NCBI RefSeq assembly: GCF_009834535.1
Contig: NC_045698.1
Coordinates: 3,846,001-3,910,000 of the forward strand
Length of the DNA: 64,000 bases
Source of the DNA: Camelus ferus
Lineage: Eukaryota
Direction of reading: 5' to 3'
This document shows, piece by piece, positions 48,946-62,549 of the stretch (position 1 is its first letter; each line of letters starts with the position of its first letter). Made by a program: the position numbers and the translations under genes. The notes beneath the pieces were generated by a model. It did not search any database. It saw nothing but the letters and a program-made list of their open reading frames with translations, and was not told the DNA's origin.

Positions 48946-50649
48946 TGCCACTCAGTTATAAGCATTAATACTTTTTTTTTTTTTTTTGGTTTGCCAAACT
49001 TCAAGTCTTTAATGGCACTTTACTCTGGGTTTACAGTATAATGCATATTTTATGCGGCGGAAGGCAATCCTATAGTTTTATGATGAGCTCTGAACTGGGA
49101 TGAAACCCATCTGGTGGCACCTGTTACTTCAAGTGTGGGGACTGGAATCAGCCAGTGCAGGCATTTCCTCTGATTGTGATGTTGATGACTTTGATGTCAG
49201 CCATACTTTCCACCTCCCGCATGCTTGGGCGTGTGTTATCCGACAGCAGGATAGTGATAGCACAAAGAGGACACCTTGGCTGTTTGGCAGATGAAGGAGG
49301 ATGAGCAGGAACCTGTTTTTAGGTGACCTGGCCATGGTCACAAAGTTTGAAAGTGGGACAGTTACAGCTTGGACCAGCCAGGTGTCTGGCGCTGCACCTG
49401 CACTACTCCGCCACACACACACCTTCTCTCTAGAAGGTGGCCTGTCACTGAGGTGGCAGCGTCCACTGGGCAGGAAGGGCAGGAAGCAGTCTCAGACACC
49501 TCACCTGACACTTCCCGACACATGGTGCTGTATTTCTTAAGTAGCGAGATCTGAATAGAGATTCTTAGAGCTGAGAGACGATGACGCTTTGACCGTATTT
49601 GGCCACTGTCTGGTCCTCTACACCATTGTTCTGCTTCTGTGGTGCTGTGGTTGAAATATTTGCAGTTAAAGTGAAGTGTTATCTACCCACACAAGCTCAC
49701 ATTAGTTTTAGTCATCAGGAAAAAATTCGAAGGAAAAAAATCAGTTTCTCATGAGTACAAATTACTTCTGGGGTGACCTTAGATTTCCAAATTAAATTAT
49801 TTCAGCAAAGTTTGTGCATGGTTCCCAAGCATGAGGAAATTATTTAGGAGATGTTTACTATGGTCACAAGAATTGCACATCTTAATACAGAGCTAATCAC
49901 AGTATAATTCAAGTTATTCACAAAATATTAATCTCAGGAAAAAGTTGTTGCCAAAATATCTTACTTGCTTTATATTTGGTATCTGGGAGATAGCCCAATC
50001 TATTGGGAATTTAATATTTATAACCCTTAGAGCAATTTAAGCTGAAATGTTTAAACTCAGCATATTTTTTTTGAGACCTAACTGTATTGATTCATTAAAA
50101 TCTAGACTGCTTGTTTAAATGTTTTATAAGGTTTGTCATATAAATGGACTAAATTTTAAAAGTCCATTTCTTTAAGGAAGTGCAATTACACTGCTCATGA
50201 TCTGTTTCAGTGTTATAAATCCTGCACAATGTTTTGGTATCCACAGATTTTGTGAATTTCCCACACTTAGTAGTTTCTCGTTATTTTGAATAGAAGTATT
50301 GCAATGAATGCTTTTTCCCCCCCATGTTTTGAGATGCAGTGAGATTGGGAAGTCTCTAGGGAGCCTGGACTTGCGATGAGACACATTCATGCGGCTGAAG
50401 GCAGGCAACGTCCATGGGTATGAGGCACGGGAGGAAGCCCTGTCTGGCCACTGTGAATCTCCGCACAGGATTTAATGAATATTTACTGTCATGGAGGAAC
50501 GGTGCGCTGGGGCCACAGGAGTTAAGCACACTGAAGCATCACAGGGCTCTGAGTCAGAGGCTGTCAGAGAACAGTGATTTTGCAGTTTTCACAGGTTGAG
50601 ACAGTCTCTGTCAGCAGAGGAAGTTCTGGTCCCAGGGGAATTTCCAGGA

Positions 50650-51730
50650 AAAAAGCTCAGATCCAAGCCTAGGTTGTAAAGATATGGGTGCATGGTGTTA
50701 GATAAAAACAATCTGGACTGAGGCAATAGTGACGTATTTAAGATCACTTGAAAAATCAAAGTCGGGCACCTGTGGTTCAGGCATCCAACATGGAGCCTAG
50801 GGCCACCGTGCAGGTGGTCTCAGACACATTCCTGCACCGCTGACACCTTGAATTTTCTGAACGGTATCAAACTCAAGGTCACCACCAGACATTTTCAAAT
50901 GGATATCTGCTAGCAGCTGCCAGATACAACCTTGTAGCTTCAACGCCCCCTTTGCTTCACAAATATGTAGCCGTTTGAAATACCAACCAATCCTTGCTTA
51001 ATAAGCACCCTTCTCGCGAGCTCCAGTTCTAATTTCTGACAATGTATGTGGTTTTTTAAATTTTTTTGCCTTTATGAGCTTCATCCATTCTGTAGGCCTA
51101 AGGAACACATTTCAGTGCGTTTCAGGCTGCAGTCCAAACCAACCTCAAATAAAAGCTTTTTTTTTTTTTTTTGGCTTCAATCAGATCTCCTCTCTTGGAA
51201 TTCTTGGTTAACAGCAAGGAGAGCCTTGTTCATAGGGATTACTGCAGTAAGGGAGGGGTGTACTGCTGTAGGGAGAACGTTCTGACCCCAGGACCGCCAA
51301 GTTTCTCAAAGAGTAGACAGTAAGGCATCCTCTTGTGTAGAGAGGAGTGGACAGGACAACAAGGACCTGGGTGTCGGGGTGGGCGCCCTCACGGGGCAGC
51401 TAATCAGGTCTTTCCTTGTAGGTTGCTGATTCTTGGGAAGGGCTGTCTGCTGGCTCAGCTAGGGTGGGTCAAAGTTCAGAGGCCTGAGGGGAGGAGAGAT
51501 GTTTGGACGACTCAGGTATCTTGTCCAGACTGGTCAGTGAGCACAACAAAGTCAGCTAAACATTGAGGAGGCAAGGAATGGGGACTGGGAAGTCTGTGCT
51601 GGGACTTCTCATGAATGAAAAATGGGGCCACCCCAGAGTCTTACCTAAGTCAGCTGAGGAAGAGTGGGTTTTTGCAGTGAGCAGTTTCCTGAATCTTGGT
51701 GAGCAGATTCTCACACTCACATCACGACTG
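50650..51730 (-). mobile_element. MER90-like ERV1 LTR, split by another LTR
   Basis: ctcagatccaagcctaggttgtaaaga | gcaaggagagccttgttca...gggagaacgttctgacc...gggtgggtcaaagttcagaggcctgagg...tcagctaaacatt..gaggcaaggaatggg...gagtcttacctaagtca. Confidence 0.7.
50696..51213 (+). mobile_element. ERV1-class solo LTR (family unassigned)
   Basis: TGTTA...TAACA inverted ends; accaatc CCAAT box; cctttatga TATA-like site; aataaa at ~51148 followed by T-rich U5; TSD not resolved. Confidence 0.65.
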
Positions 51731-52699
51731 ATCTTGGAAACTAGAGTAGGGGTGGATGGATGGGTTCTAGTCATGGAGAAGAATGACACCCAGACCAGGA
51801 ACCAGGAAAGGTCGGGCTTGCAGTGATGGACAAGACGTGGGCATGAGGGGGTCACACTAAGGGGTCCTGAAGCCCCCTTACAATGCTGAGCCCATTGTAG
51901 AGATTTCTGTAGACGATCTTCTTTCACTGCTGCACAACAACGTCTCAAATCAGAAAGTGAAAATAAATCTGTTGTGACAGCAAGAATGACTTCATTATAG
52001 ACACAGGTGCCTCTCATTACCCAAGCCTAAACCATTCCTGAATTTTCAGAAAGCGGGAGACAGTTCCATTTCACATTGGAAAAAATATAATGTGTTTCAT
52101 GGTTCCTAGGCCAACAAAAATGTCTGCCCACCAACTTCCCTAAGTACCATTAAAACACATTTAAATGTATAAATAAAAGTCCACTGAAGGTTTGTGCAAA
52201 TTATAAAATAATTTTAAAGCCAGGTACATAATTATTTAACATTTAATGAACTAATAGAGGTTTGCAAAATATGATGCAGACACAAATTGTGTCTTCTTCC
52301 TGCCCTGAAGACACATGCTGTTGTGCCAAGTAAAGAAATAACAAACAGTGTGCAAATACTGTCTGGTGGTTGCAAATGGCACCCCAGAAATAAGAGAGCA
52401 AAGCAACTAACACCGTGTTCTTTCTGATGGAAGAGTTTCTTGGGCGGGACTTAAGCTGGGGGAGGGGGAGAGAGAGGCTCTGTGGTCACAGCTGTTTGGT
52501 GGCGGGGAGAGCAAGACTGAAAGGGTAAATATGAGGGCTGTTCATGCAGATCTGAAGTGTACAGAGAGCCACTGGGTGAACAGCACTCAGACATAGTCAT
52601 GATACAAGTATACGGTTTAGGATCGTTGGCACTGTGCTTGGAATTGCATTTTTGAAAGTGGTGTTTTTATTTATCACTAGCAGTCATGCTGGCTGCATG

Positions 52700-53400
52700 A
52701 TATAAATCCTTTAATTGGTGTACTTAATCCTTTCATTGCTTTTTCTGGGTGGTGCTTAATTTTAACATTTATTTAAAAGCTTATCAGTCTTTGAAGATTA
52801 ATTTTTTCCTTCTTTCTAAAGCAGGCATAAGGTTCTTTCTACCTTCGATACTCTTCGGGCTACGTTATATCACACCTAGATACAAATATTTCAAATGTCC
52901 CCTGTTGAATCTGACTCTGGCATGCACTCAGAGCGCACATGGGAGCTGTCTTCCTCCTGAGGGCGTTTCTGAACCGTCATAACTGCAGACCTTCCCTGCT
53001 CCCTTCTTTCCAACCCTCATCCCAGGTGAATGTTGGAGTGCCTCCGTTTATCTTTAATCTCTTTTAGGATCATTTCTGTATTTCCTGTCTCAGTATTTCG
53101 GTCCAGTATTTTGGTACTTCTAATTCTCCAAGGACCTTCTATTATCCAGTAGTTATCTTATTGGTATTATATTGTTTATACTTTTTAATTGTCCTTTAAA
53201 ACAATCTCTGTCTGCTTGTCTTGTATCTGACTTTTTGTTTTATCTTTCTTACTACGGCTTCTTTGGACGACAGTCCTCCTTTTGGAAGACTGTTCCGTTA
53301 CTTGCATTTTCTTTGGAATGACTGCTTCCTTCGGTCAAGTTTGTGAAGTTCAAACACCCATAGAATTGTTCTTCTTCAAGTGCATGGGGACTTTGGTTCC
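52700..53400 (-). mobile_element. Very old L1/HAL1 fragment
   Basis: T-rich antisense L1-like composition ending gttcttcttcaagtgcatggggactttggtt. Confidence 0.4.
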
Positions 53401-53423
53401 TAAGAACATCTCAAGAAAAGTTC

Positions 53424-53585
53424 TGTGTATGGTGTGGGTGTGTTGTGTGTGTTATGTTGTGTGTATGTGTGTGCATGGTGTTGTATGTGGTGCACATGGT
53501 GTGTGTGTGGTGTGTGTGCTGTATGTGGTGTGTATAGTGCGTGTGCATTGTGTGTAGTGTGTGTATGAGTATTTGTGTGGTGTGT
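53424..53585 (+). repeat. Degenerate (TG)n/(GTGTG)n low-complexity tract
   Basis: tgtgtatggtgtgggtgtgttgtgtgtgttatgttgtgtgtatgtgtgtgc... Confidence 0.85.
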
Positions 53586-55602
53586 TTCAGTTTCCTCTCC
53601 TTGTTTGCACACAGTTATCACTGTAGCTTCCGTGCCCACCAGGTGTCGAGTTCAGAACTGTCGTATCAGCATCCCCTGCACACACACCCCCCCAGCACTG
53701 CAGGTTTACAGCAGGTAAGTGAGTCTCACTCTGTCCCTGCTCACAGAGGCCTCTGACCCACTGCCCCTCAGGATCGGTCACCCATCTGACTCTGAGGAGG
53801 TCTGCATTTTAGCTCCTGCTCAACACCTCATATTGATCCTGAATCTACTTCACAAAGATGCTCATCTTGTTTTGAGTGAAGGTATGCTCTTTTAATCTAT
53901 CTTGTAATTCACTGTCATTTTTATCTGGAGCTGTAGAACTGGACAGCGTGCAGTGGGGAAGTTGCCTGAGGACTTGAAGTGTCTTCTGACCAGACACCTC
54001 GTTTTTTTGGTGCCTGCATGATGTGCTTGAAACTAGGGGGCTCCAGCTAACCTCCCAGAAATCTCTGCCCTGATACCAAACACAGGCAGCCCACACTGGC
54101 ATCTGCCAGGTGACCAGTTCTAGAAAACAAACCCAACAGGGACAGTGTTGCAGCGTCCTGCCAAGTGTAGGCCTTCAATAAGAATCAGACTGTTGATCCA
54201 GCAGTTTTCCCTGCTAACATGTTAGGGAGAACCAGGTTGATTCTATCTCAGAGACTTGGAGCTTGGTTTGCAGTAAACAGACAGGGCGAATGTGTCTAAC
54301 TCGTGGTCGGCCTCATTGGAATTGGAATTGCCTTGAAATTGAAGAGGGGCCTGTGCTTCCCACCTGGACTTCTATCCCCTGTAAATTTAGCCTAAAGGTC
54401 ACTCCAAGAGTAAAGTGCCTGCTCCCTCTTGTGAAAGCTCGCTGTCACCATAAAAAAGACAGCTTACATTGCAGAATGGGTAAGTGAATGTAGGAAAACT
54501 GAAAGGACTCTGAGATATTCATGGAAACAAGCATTCACCTGAGACGCTAAAATGATCATGAAATAGATGCATTTTCTACTTAGTTTATAAATAGAGAGTT
54601 TCCCTGAGACTTCCTCCTGCTGTTGCGATGCTTGTCTCTGTTATTCAAATATTCACAGGCTGGCCATTTTCGAGGTAAGGGGCCTGGGGTTTCACGTGAC
54701 CCCTGGCTTTTCCTTGTGTGGTTGTCCTCCTTTGTCCAGGGCTTAGCGGTGAAATAAGGACAGAAGCGCTAGCTCTCGGCTCACCTCAAGCTTTGGGCTG
54801 GGCTGCCTTCCTCCTGGTTTTAGAACCTCCGTGAACACAGGATTTGAACTATTTCTTAATTGTAGGAAAGCCTGTTCCGTCTGTGGCATCTAGTGTGGCA
54901 AAATCCATGGATCCAAATCCACATAAGTTGCCAGTTAACCCTAGCTTTTTAGGGAGAACGTGTAGCATTATTTGAGATAAGAACTGCTGTAAAGTAAATG
55001 ATCACTGACTAAGATAACATGGGGAATGAGTCTTATGCAAACAATTCCTAAAGATGACAATGTGCCCCTACCTAAAATAAAATAAAAATGCATCACGCAC
55101 CATGGGCCCTGTGGGCAGACTTTGAGGCCAAGTGCCAGCGCATGTCATGCTCGGACCGTAGGCTCAGGTGCCCAGGAGTGGAGCTGCTCTCTGAAAGTGC
55201 AGTCTGACTCCTCTGGGCCCCAGACTTTGGCTATTCAATGTTCTCCTTCAGATGGTATCAACCTAGTACTTTCCAAGACAAACATGTAATTTTACTTTAT
55301 TGGAATTGAGGACATGCGTAACACCCTACCCCATCTTCAGTATTCAACGTTACATGCCGCTTCTTTCCTGATCTTATATTTGCCCCTTTTCCTAACTTTT
55401 GGATCTCTCCACTCTCCTAGCAATTAAAGGCAGGTTGTGTTTGTAAAAACCACGCCCTACTTGACTGATTATTGCAATTTAAATCTTTTATGTCGAGCAC
55501 CTGTGACTTCCTCTACTATCGCTCTTTCTGTCTCTGTTGAATTGGTTGAATCATGAAATTGGCTTGGATCTGTTATTCTCAGCCATTATGAAGAATATGT
55601 CA

Positions 55603-55728
55603 AACTTCTCTGAAGTGGAATAGGATTTCTGTACTGTCTTCTTTACAAATAACACCAATTTTGACAGTCACCCATGGATAAGAGTGCTTTTGTGGAAGTC
55701 CAGCAGAGAAGTTCCAGCACACAGTTGG

Positions 55729-55770
<42 letters not shown>

Positions 55771-58700
55771 CCAAGACTGGACACATTGAAGAGAGTAGGA
55801 GGAACAGTTTCACTCCATCCACATCACCCCTCTTTCAAGGCAGCAGCCTGGGGTCAAGAGAGGCCTCCTGGGCCCACGATGTCTCCCATGTGAAAAGTGG
55901 GTGTGTGAGGAAGTGCCTGGCTTCCCCAGTCCGAGTGGGACGCTGCCCACTTCTTTCCCATCCCCTCCAGAATACTGAGCTATGCTGCACAGCTTGCCCA
56001 TGGGGGCAGCTGTGAGAACAGCAGCCTGGGCTCTGGATGGCATCAGAGGGATGCAGACCCTACTAACCACTCTGCAGGCTTCATCAGAAAGCCCACACAT
56101 GAGCCTCTGGGGACCGTTCATCTGCACATTCCCCCAGCTGGCCTGTAGACACCCCCAGGCTCTGTGTGCCTCGCCCACGCTTACCCTTACCCCACGGCTG
56201 GCTCCCTGTGTGTGCCCCTGATGACGGTGAGAGCGAGCCTTTGCAGGTGGCTCATAGGCGCCTACAGAAACCAGCCTGAATCTGTAGAATCTGTAGAAAA
56301 CACACAAACTTGAACATTCGACACTGCCCTAAAGAAAGCAGATAGGAGGCTGTCAGCACCAAGCAGCCTGGCTCTGCTGGATAGAGAGAAGGTGTCCAAT
56401 CTTAAGAACCTCCCCCAAGTGAAAACAAAAAGTACAGAGGAGGTGTTTCCATAGAGAGGCTCTAAGAAAGCCTCAGAGTCCCTAGCAGGGCTAACAGAAG
56501 GTGTTTCTTTCTGGAGCCCATCAGTAAAGGAATGGGGATGGTGATTATTTTTTCAAATGTGAAGACAACACAAGACTTAAAGGAACATAAAAAAATCAAG
56601 GAAAATTGACACCACCAATGAATACAATAATTTTCCAGTAATAGACTCCAAAGAAATGGAGATTTTCCTGAAGCTAAACCCAGTTAAGGATACTACAAGA
56701 AAATAAAACTATAGGCCAATATCCCTAATAAATGTAGATAGTAGCAGGCAAAATTCAATAGCATATTACAATACGAATCACACACTATGATCAATTGGGA
56801 ATCCCCCTTGGTACGCAAAGATGGTTCAACATATTCAAATCAACAAATGTGATTCACCCCATTAATAGAATAAAAGACAAAAATCATATGATCATCTGGT
56901 GGATAGATGCAGAAAAAGTATTTGACAAAATCCAACATTCGTTCATAATAAAATTTCAACATATTGGATACAGAAGGAATATACCTCAACATAATAAAGA
57001 CTTCATATGACAAGCCTACAGATAATTCATACTTAATTATGAAAGTCTGAAGGATTTTTCTCTATGGTCAAGATCAAGACCTGGATGCCCACTCTCATCA
57101 CACTTATGCAACATAGTCCTAGAAGTCCTTACAGAATAATTAGTCAAGAAAAATAAGTAAGAGCCATCTAAATCAGAAAATAAGAAGTGAAATTTTCTCT
57201 GTTTATAAATCACATTATCTTATATATGGAAAATGCTAAAGGACTCCATCAAAAAACAAAACTAATAAACTAATTCAGTAAAGTTGTAGAACACAAAATC
57301 AACATACAAAATTGGTCATGTATCTATACACTAACATTAAACTCTCTGAAAAAGAAATACAGAGGAAAAATCTCATTTACAGTAGTATCAAAAACAATAA
57401 AATATATAGGAATAAATTTTACCAAAGAGGTGAAAGATCTGTACATTGAAAACTGTAAGAAATTGATGAAAGAAATGGAAGAAGGCACAAATAAATGGAA
57501 AGATAGCCCATGTTCATGGATTGGAAGAATTAATGTTATAAAAATGTCTACATTACCCAAAGCCATCTATGAATTCAATGCAATCCTTGTCCAAAATTCT
57601 AATGGCATTATTCTCAGGAAACGGAACAAACAGCACCAAAATTTGTATAGAACAACAAAAGACTGAATAGGAAAGCAATCCTGAGAAAGAAGGACAAAGC
57701 TGGGGATGGTGTACTCCCTGATTTAAAACTATACTACAAAGCTGTAGGAATTAAAACAGATTAGTACTGGCATAAAAACAGACATAGACCAATGGAACAG
57801 AACTGAGTTCCTCAGAAATAAACCTACACATATATGGTCAACTAATATTTGACAAGGAAGCCAAGAATACTCAATGGAGAAGTGATAGCCTTTTCAATAT
57901 ATGATATTGAGAAAACCATATATTCACATGTAAAACAATGAAACTGAACCACTATCTTATATCCTTCACAAAATTTTCCTTGAACTAGATTAAAGACAAA
58001 TATAAGGCCCAAAACCTTAAAATTCCTAGATTAAAACACATGGAAAAATCTCCTGGACATGGTCTTGACAATGATTTTTTGGATATGATTCCAAAAGCAT
58101 GAGCAACAAAAGAAAAAATAAACAAATGGGACTATGTCAAACTAAAAAATCCTCTACATGGCTAGAGAAACAATCAGTAAAATGATAAGACAACCTATGA
58201 GATGGGAGGAAATATTTGCAAGCCATATGTCTGATAAGAGGTTAATATCCAAAATATATTATACTCATACAACTCAAAAGCAAAAAGGCAAATAATCTAA
58301 TCAGAAATGAACAAAGGACATGAGCAGAAAATTTTCCAAAGAGGACATACAACTGGCCAGCAGAAATATCAGAGACGCTTAACAGTATCATTCACCAGGG
58401 AAATGCAAACCAAAACCACAGCAAGATATCGCTCCACACCTGTTAGAAAGATCATTATGACAAGAAATAACAAGTGCTGGTGAGAATGCAGAGGGAAGGG
58501 AACCCTTGGGCACTGCTGATAAACATGTAAATTGCTGCAGCCACTGTGGAAAACAGTATGGAGGGTCCTCAAAAAATTAAAAATAGAACTTCCATATGAT
58601 TCAGCAGCCCTACTTCTAGGTATATATCCAAACGACATGAAATCTCTATCTTTAAGAGATACCTGTGCCCCCATCTACATTGCAGCATTATTCACAAAGC

Positions 58701-59309
58701 TGAGGCATGGAAACAACCTAAATGTCCATTGACAGATGAATGAATGAAGAAAATGTATAATATTAATACAATGGAATATTATTCAGCCATAAAAAGACAA
58801 TTCCATCATCTATGACAACATGAATGGACCTTGAAGGCTTTAAGCTAAGTGAAGTAAGTCAGACAGAGAAAGACAGATACTATGTGATGTCACTTACATG
58901 TGGAATCTAAAAAAGGTGAACTCATAGAAACAAGAGTAGTTTGGTGATTGCAAGGAGCTGGGGGCTGGGGGGTGATGGGAAGATGTTGGTCATAGGGTAC
59001 AAACTTCCAATTATAAGATGAGTAAGTCCCAGGCATCTAATATATAGCGTGGTGACTATAGGCTAACAATTTAGTATACCTGAAAGTTGCTAGGAGAGTA
59101 GATCTTAAATGTTCTTATCACCACTCCCCCCCAAAAATGTTTATATTGGGTAATATAATTAAACTTATGTTGTATAAGATGTGTTAACTGACCTTACTGT
59201 GATAATAAATCCACAATATATACATGCATCAAATCATCACATTATACACCTTAGACTTACACAATGTTATATGTCAATTATATTTCAATCAAGTTGGAAA
59301 AAAAAAAAA
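55603..59309 (+). mobile_element. L1MA9-like LINE-1: 5' UTR, ORF1 start, 3' part of ORF2, 3' UTR and polyA (decayed)
   Basis: ORF-track peptides [63 protein letters not shown] and QPLWKTVWRVLKKLKIELPYD are L1 ORF2; 3' end cttacacaatgttatatgtcaattatatttcaatcaagttgg(A)n; degenerate TSD aagaatatgtca / aagaatgcttca. Confidence 0.9.
55731..55766 (+). repeat. (CA)n microsatellite in the L1 5' UTR
   Basis: About 18 CA units. Confidence 0.95.
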
Positions 59310-60374
59310 AAGAATGCTTCAGCTGTGTGAGGATGGCTTTCTCCACTTAAGGATGGGCTTTCCCAAGTGAGGCTGAAGGTCTTGTCTTTCCCAAACCAGC
59401 CTCTTTAGTCGGACTCAGAACCATTAGTTTAAATATGAGTCCCTGAGTCAGAGCCTGGTTCCTCAAACTGTGGCTTATTCTACTCCAGAAAGAATGAGTT
59501 TGGTGTCTTTAAAATAAGCTCGGGAGAGCCCCACGCCTCTGGCATTTCAGACTGAAGCTTGTGTTATCATTTGGAGGCCATCAGAGCCCTGCATTAGACG
59601 GGCATCAGTAAGAAGCGATGCAGGGATCAGCAACGTGGGGTCATAAGCTCCTCAGTTTCCACCAAACACGGTGCACCCCTTGACATGAACCAGACTTATC
59701 ACATGGGAAAACCATTCCAAGTGCCGTTTCAAGGCCGGGTCTCAGCACCACCTTTCACGTTCTCTCCACACAGGACCCAAATTTCCCCTCAGATGGAATT
59801 GATTTGGGATGACAGTTTCATGAGCTCTGCTCTGTTCAGTTTGAGCGGCAGCTACACCCGACCAGCACAACATCGCTGGTGGTGCTGTTCTCCTGTGGTA
59901 CAGGATCCTGCACATGTGTGACAGGAAGCTCTTCTCTTGACTGACCCCACCATCCAGATGTATACAGTGTCCCAAAGAAGCAGGCTGTGGCCGCGTCAGC
60001 ACCAATTGCTTACTTTTGCCCCAACAGCTCTTATATTATGCAAAAAAAAAAAAAAAAAAAGGCACAACTTCTCACTCTGACCCCTAATCTGCTAATATGT
60101 CCTGCGAACATGTGCAAAGACCAGCTCTCCTCACTCAAGAGGGAAAACATGAAGGGTAGAAGCAGTAGATCAACCATATTATTACCTTCAGCTTTTCATA
60201 GGTTGTTTTTGAATTTAATTTTGGAACGCTGTTTAAAACAGTGAAGGCACTGAAAGTGTTTTAGACTGCTTTCATGATTAGCACCCTTGCAGCCAGCTTC
60301 TATTCTGCAAAACCTAGGTGTCTATCATCTCATATACTCGCAAATAAACCGAACTAAAAACAGAGGGAAAACAC

Positions 60375-60530
60375 TAAACCTTTGGACCATGTAGCTTGGG
60401 GCAAGTTCCATCTCTTAAGACCTTGAGTCCCTAACTACCAAAATGAGACACGGACAGTACCTGCTGCCTACAGTTCCTGCGGGGGGTAAATAAGCCATCA
60501 TCCACTGGCTGGTCCACGCAAAGCATGCCA
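60375..60530 (+). mobile_element. MIR fragment
   Basis: gaccatgtagcttggggcaagtt...cttgagtccctaactaccaaaatgag..acagtacctg..cctacagtt. Confidence 0.55.
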
Positions 60531-61589
60531 CTGTTTTAATGAAAATGTACATTCAGGTGATGACATTTTCACTAAAAATTTTTATCTGTAAATGCCGAAG
60601 CCTTGCCTTCAGAGTTGTTCTTTCACACATAATTTTTACCATCTTTCATTTAGGTGGAAAAATAACTCATTATAGTCTGTTCTATCAGTGAGATTGACAT
60701 CCTTAGAAGCATGGTTTTGAGGCATCTGTAGTTGTTTTCTTCCATTTCTCTTCCTTCCAACTTAAAATTTAAAATTTTTAAAAATTCAAAAAAATACACA
60801 CATAAGTGCATACATATGCATCTATGTAGAAATAAACTGAATATAGATCATATATCATACATGTGTGTATGTCTCCCTCATCTCTGCCTTTATAGATATG
60901 TGTACACACACATAGAATGTATATAAGAACATGTATGTGATAAGAGAAACCTGCGAATTACATGTTAGGTAATCCCAAGACCAAAATAACAAAATGAAAC
61001 CCAAGAAAACACCAAGAAAGTGAAATTCCCCAGCTTCTACTTCCCAGTGGGAGTCTCATCTAGTTTTCCCGTGAAACGATCCTGCAGATTTGAAAACTAA
61101 GTAACAGCCTCTCCCTGCCTGAGATCCTCTATTCTGGGAAGCTTGGAAATAAACTGAAAGTGAACTCCCAATTTTATAAAGCAAAACTTTCAAAGCATTG
61201 CCTAGTCAAAGCCTTGAAAATTAAAGTGCATTTTAAGTAACCTAGTGGAATGTCTAAGGTAAAAGAAATAGCACCTGAAATGCAAGTAACCCCTTTAGTG
61301 TGCAGAGACGTGGGCTCTGCGTGCTGGCTCCGTCCCCCCCGGGGGCCCAGCAGGGCAGGGGATGGGGCTGGGGTGGAGGCGTTCAGACCTTCTTCAAGAA
61401 CCTGCCGCTGGGAGACCACAAAGGGAGCAGAGTTGGCAAACAGCCCTGGTTCCCACCCTATGGATCCAGCCTGGGCTGCTCCCAGCCAGAGACTGAGTGT
61501 GGTCGGGGTGCAAGGAAGAGCCCACTCCTGTCCGCATGGGACTTCTCCAACATTACACCTGCTCAGCTTGTCACTATGTGCTGAATCAG

Positions 61590-61591
<2 letters not shown>

Positions 61592-61628
<37 letters not shown>
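61592..61628 (+). repeat. (TG)n microsatellite
   Basis: About 18 TG units. Confidence 0.95.
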
Positions 61629-61630
<2 letters not shown>

Positions 61631-61889
61631 ATACTGGCTTCTCTCACAGGACTCATTGTTTTTTAACATGCTCCTACCCAAACCCTTCTGGTATAGATAA
61701 TCTTTTCTTTCAGAAAAATGTGTGGAAATAAATCATACAAGGCAGGTGATTACTTGCATGAGGGTGGGGCTTCACTGTAGGGTTTCTAGAGGACTTTTTG
61801 CAGAGGCAAGACTTCTAAGGCATCTCCTCATCCCCTGCAGAAATGTAGTTATGCCCCCGAGTCCAGGTGAGACCTGTGACTACCTTCTC

Positions 61890-62549
61890 AACAAGCAAAC
61901 ACGGCAAAGGCCACTTCTGGGATTCTGTCATGTTGCCTAAAACAGCCTTAGCAGGCTGGCTCTGGACAAGCTCCTTTGCTGACTGAGGAGGTAAGCGGCT
62001 GTGCTGCCAAGAGCTGAGGGCGAAACTCTAGCTGACGGCCAGTGAGAAGCCAGAGCCCTCAATCCCACAGCCTCAAGGAGTGGATTCTGCCCACACCCTG
62101 GGGAGCCTGGAAGTGGACCCTTCCCCAGCTGAGCCTCTAGATGAGAACTCACCTCTGGCCAACACTTCACAGCCTTGTGACCATCAGCAGAGGACACAGT
62201 CAGTGGGCTGTGCCCTGACTCCTGACCACAGAAACTGTGGATGATACATTACTGCTGAATGAATGCAGTAGTGTGCACTTTAAATCACATGAAGAAGATA
62301 AACCTCATTAAATTTTCTTACCCCCCCCCCCCAAAAAAGAAAACCACAAAAGAACACAAGAACGTGCCCTGGATGTGGTAGAAATCATGGGTGTATGTGT
62401 GTCTCCAGACTCACCAAGATGTGCACATTAAACACATGTACAAGTTTTTGTGTATCAGTTAAATCTCAATCAAAGAAAATTTTAAAATATTATTGTCTTC
62501 AGCTGTTGAGGTTGCAGCAATTTGTTACCCAGAAACGGGTAACTGATAC
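61890..62549 (+). mobile_element. MLT1E/F-like MaLR LTR, split by L1MB
   Basis: ctagctgacggccagtgagaag..gccctca.tcc.acagcc.caagga...ttccccagctgagcctctagatgagaac...actcctgaccacagaaactgtg | ...gcaatttgttac..agaaacgggtaactgatac. Confidence 0.8.
62245..62488 (+). mobile_element. L1MB1/2-like 3' end
   Basis: gtgtgcactttaaa...aagaacacaagaa...atcatgggtgtatgtgtgtctccagactcaccaagatgtgcacattaaa...tttttgtgtatcagttaaatctcaatcaaag. Confidence 0.7.

Noticed and set aside
56795..58732. L1 ORF2 peptides as functional CDS
   Set aside because: Fragmented by stops and frameshifts, with the endonuclease domain missing; reported only as a mobile-element relic.
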